DNA of 64,000 bases from Burkholderiaceae bacterium (GTDB lineage Bacteria; Pseudomonadota; Gammaproteobacteria; Burkholderiales; Burkholderiaceae_E), in the NCBI GenBank assembly GCA_036844405.1, contig DAIUFU010000001.1, positions 9,644 through 73,643 of the forward strand, written 5' to 3'. Below the pieces are notes generated by a model. That model worked only from the letters and a program-made list of their open reading frames with translations. It was not told where the DNA came from and did not search any database. The position numbers and the translations under genes are program-made. Below, piece by piece: positions 61,494 through 64,000 of the stretch. Every line of letters starts with the position of its first letter. Within the stretch, counting starts at the first letter, position 1.

Positions 61494-62647
61494 ACAGCGA
61501 ACCGACGCCATCGGCACCTCTGCGCGAGATCGTCCTGCAGGCCCTGCACGAACGGCGCGGCGCGCGCTTCGGCGCCTTCGCCGGTTTCCGGATGCCGATC
61601 CAGTACGGCGCCGGGGTGCGTGCCGAGCACCTGCACACGCGCGCGGCCGCCAGCCTGTTCGATGTTTCGCACATGGGGCAGCTGCTCGTGCGCGCGCGCG
61701 ACGGCCGGCGCGAGACGCTGTACGCGCAGCTCGAAGCGGCACTGCCGGTCGATTTCGACGGCTGGGGGCATGACGAGCAGCGCTATTCGCTGCTGCTCAA
61801 CGACCAGGGTGGCATCGACGACGACCTGATGCTCGTGCACCGGGTCGATGGCGACGCCGCCGAAGTGCGCATCGTCGTCAACGCCGGCAACCGCGCGGCC
61901 GATCTCGTCCGGCTGCGCGCGCTGTGCCCGAATCTGGTCATCGACGAAATCGATGCCGCGCTGATCGCGCTGCAGGGGCCGCAGGCCGAAGCCGTGCTCG
62001 CCGGACTCGACGCCGCCTGCGTGCCGCTGCGCTTCCTGCAGGCCACGACGCTCACGCTGGACCGCCAGCCGTGTTTCGCCACCCGATCCGGCTACACCGG
62101 CGAAGACGGCTTCGAGATCTCGCTGCCGACCGCGGCCGCGCGCCGCATCGTTGAAGCACTCCTGGCCGACGAACGCGTGCAACTGGCCGGACTGGGCGCA
62201 CGCGACAGCCTGCGCCTGGAGGCCGGACTGGCACTGCACGGCAGCGACATCGACGCGACGACGACCCCGGCGGCTTCGGGTCTGGGCTTCGCCATCCCGA
62301 AGTCACGACGCACCGGCGGGCACAAGGCAGCCGGTTTCCCGGGGGCGGACATCGTGCTGCGCCAGTTCGCCGAAGGCGCTCCGAACCGGCTTGTGGGCCT
62401 TGTTTCACACCAGCCGACACCGATCCGCCCGCACACGTCCATCGTCGATGACGACGGCACGACGATCGGCGAAGTCACCAGCGGAACCATTTCACCGACG
62501 CTCGGCCATCCGGTCATGCTGGCGCGCCTGCAGGCCGGGGTGGTCGGACGCGTACCGGCCCCTGCCCTGCACGCCATCGTGCGCAACCGCCGGCTGCCGG
62601 TCGAGATCACGGTGCTGCCCTTCGTGCCGAAGCGTTACAGACGCTGA
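61490..62647 (+). CDS. gcvT: Glycine cleavage aminomethyltransferase T protein
   Basis: [53 protein letters not shown]. Confidence 0.96.
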   Translation: MNSEPTPSAPLREIVLQALHERRGARFGAFAGFRMPIQYGAGVRAEHLHTRAAASLFDVSHMGQLLVRARDGRRETLYAQLEAALPVDFDGWGHDEQRYSLLLNDQGGIDDDLMLVHRVDGDAAEVRIVVNAGNRAADLVRLRALCPNLVIDEIDAALIALQGPQAEAVLAGLDAACVPLRFLQATTLTLDRQPCFATRSGYTGEDGFEISLPTAAARRIVEALLADERVQLAGLGARDSLRLEAGLALHGSDIDATTTPAASGLGFAIPKSRRTGGHKAAGFPGADIVLRQFAEGAPNRLVGLVSHQPTPIRPHTSIVDDDGTTIGEVTSGTISPTLGHPVMLARLQAGVVGRVPAPALHAIVRNRRLPVEITVLPFVPKRYRR

Positions 62648-62693
62648 CACGGCGCACTGCCGCAAGGCCTGGCTGACTCCCGGCGCCACGCTG

Positions 62694-64000
62694 TCACACG
62701 CGCACGATCTTGCCCGGGTTGAGGATGTCGTCCGGGTCCAGCGCGCGCTTGATCCGGCGCATCAGATCGAGCGCATCCTCGCCATGCTCTTCTTCGAGGA
62801 AGGGCATCTTGTGCAGGCCGACGCCGTGTTCGCCGGTACAGGTCCCGTCCATCGACAGGGCCAGATGCACGATCTCCGCGTTCAGCCGCTCGGCCTCGGC
62901 CAGTTCGGCCGGGTCATCGGGATCGATGAGCAGCATCGAATGGAAATTGCCGTCGCCGACGTGGCCGACGATGAGCGTCGGGAAATCGGCCTGATCGAGG
63001 ATGCGCCGGGCGCCGATGATCGAATCGCTCAGGCGCGAGATCGGCACGCAGGTATCCGTGGTGATCGCGCGCCCGCCCGGGCGCATCTGCATGCCGGCGA
63101 AGTAGACGTTGTGCCGCGCCGTCCACAGGCGGGTGCGATCTTCCGGACGGGTTGCCCATTCGAAGTCCTCGCCACCATGATCGTGCGCGATCTGCTGCGT
63201 CAGTTCCGCCTGTTCCTGCACGGACGATTCACTGCCGTGGAACTCGAAGAAGAGCGTCGGCGTCTCGCGCAGCGTCGTATGACTGTAGGCATTGATCGCA
63301 CGCACCGCACGCTCGCAGACATATTCGCAGCGCGCCACCGGCACGCCGAGCTGGATGATCTGGATGACGGCCGCGATCGCCTGCGCCGGGCTCGGAAAGC
63401 TGACCACGGCCGCCGACACCGCTTCGGGCAGCGGATAGAGCCGCACCGTTACCTCGGTGATGATGCCGAGCGTACCTTCGGAACCGACGTACAGCCGCGT
63501 CAGGTCGTAGCCGGCCGACGATTTCTTCGCCCGCCGCGCCGTGTGCACGATCTTGCCCTCGGCGGTGACGACGGTCAGGCCGAGCACGTTTTCGCGCATC
63601 GTCCCGTAGCGCACGGCATTCGTCCCCGAGGCGCGTGTCGCCGCCATGCCGCCCAGGCTCGCATCCGCACCCGGATCGATCGGGAAGAACAGGCCGGTCG
63701 ACTTCAGTTCGTCATTCAGGCGCGTGCGCGTCACACCCGCCTGCACCGTTGCCGTCAGGTCCTCGGCCTGGATGGCGAGCACGCGGTCCATCTGCGACAG
63801 ATCGATCGACACGCCGCCGTGGATGGCCAGCAGATGACCTTCGAGCGACGAGCCAACCCCGTAGGGGATCACCGGGAAACGGTGTTCGCGGCACAGGCGC
63901 ACGATCTCCGCGACCTCTTCGGTGCTGTGCGCGTAGACCACGGCATCGGGCGGTGTGGCCGGGTAGACCGATTCATCCCGTCCGTGATGCTCGCGCACCG
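62694..64000 (-). CDS. FAD-linked oxidase (D-lactate dehydrogenase/GlcD family), 5'-truncated by window edge
   Basis: SSLEGH, FFPIDPGADA, ASGTNAVRYG, KSSAGYDL, GHVGDGNFH, TGEHGVG. Confidence 0.92.
   Translation of the reverse strand, partial: VREHHGRDESVYPATPPDAVVYAHSTEEVAEIVRLCREHRFPVIPYGVGSSLEGHLLAIHGGVSIDLSQMDRVLAIQAEDLTATVQAGVTRTRLNDELKSTGLFFPIDPGADASLGGMAATRASGTNAVRYGTMRENVLGLTVVTAEGKIVHTARRAKKSSAGYDLTRLYVGSEGTLGIITEVTVRLYPLPEAVSAAVVSFPSPAQAIAAVIQIIQLGVPVARCEYVCERAVRAINAYSHTTLRETPTLFFEFHGSESSVQEQAELTQQIAHDHGGEDFEWATRPEDRTRLWTARHNVYFAGMQMRPGGRAITTDTCVPISRLSDSIIGARRILDQADFPTLIVGHVGDGNFHSMLLIDPDDPAELAEAERLNAEIVHLALSMDGTCTGEHGVGLHKMPFLEEEHGEDALDLMRRIKRALDPDDILNPGKIVRV

Overview
High-GC chromosomal window, probably from a Betaproteobacterium (Burkholderiales-like gene content and order; inferred). 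It is mostly housekeeping: queG-tsaE-amiC, glnK-amtB, dedA/mutL-miaA, tamAB, purM/hda-HAD-pcnB-folK-dNK-panC, galE/manC, a phoR-like kinase, two acyl-CoA dehydrogenases, cvrA, tRNA-Leu(CAA), queA-tgt-yajC-secDF, purB, mnmA, pntAB, glcDEF, a cysteine synthase and gcvHPT. I found no mobile elements or CRISPR arrays. The window opens in a denitrification locus (nirS, nirM, a DNR-type regulator). The most notable system is at 54.1-56.8 kb, a gene set that looks like cytochrome c oxidase but whose subunit I has HVFIN where O2 reductases have HPxVY. This fits a non-canonical, CuA-containing, B-family-derived NO reductase (sNOR type), a class that is described but poorly characterised. Other oddities: a GlnK with Gly in place of the AmtB-plugging Arg47 under a sigma54/NtrC-type promoter, an orphan PhoR-like kinase with an altered H-box, an acyltransferase inserted between tgt and yajC, several apparently leaderless genes, and a 20-bp palindromic tandem repeat. 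All calls come from reading motifs by eye; no searches were run.
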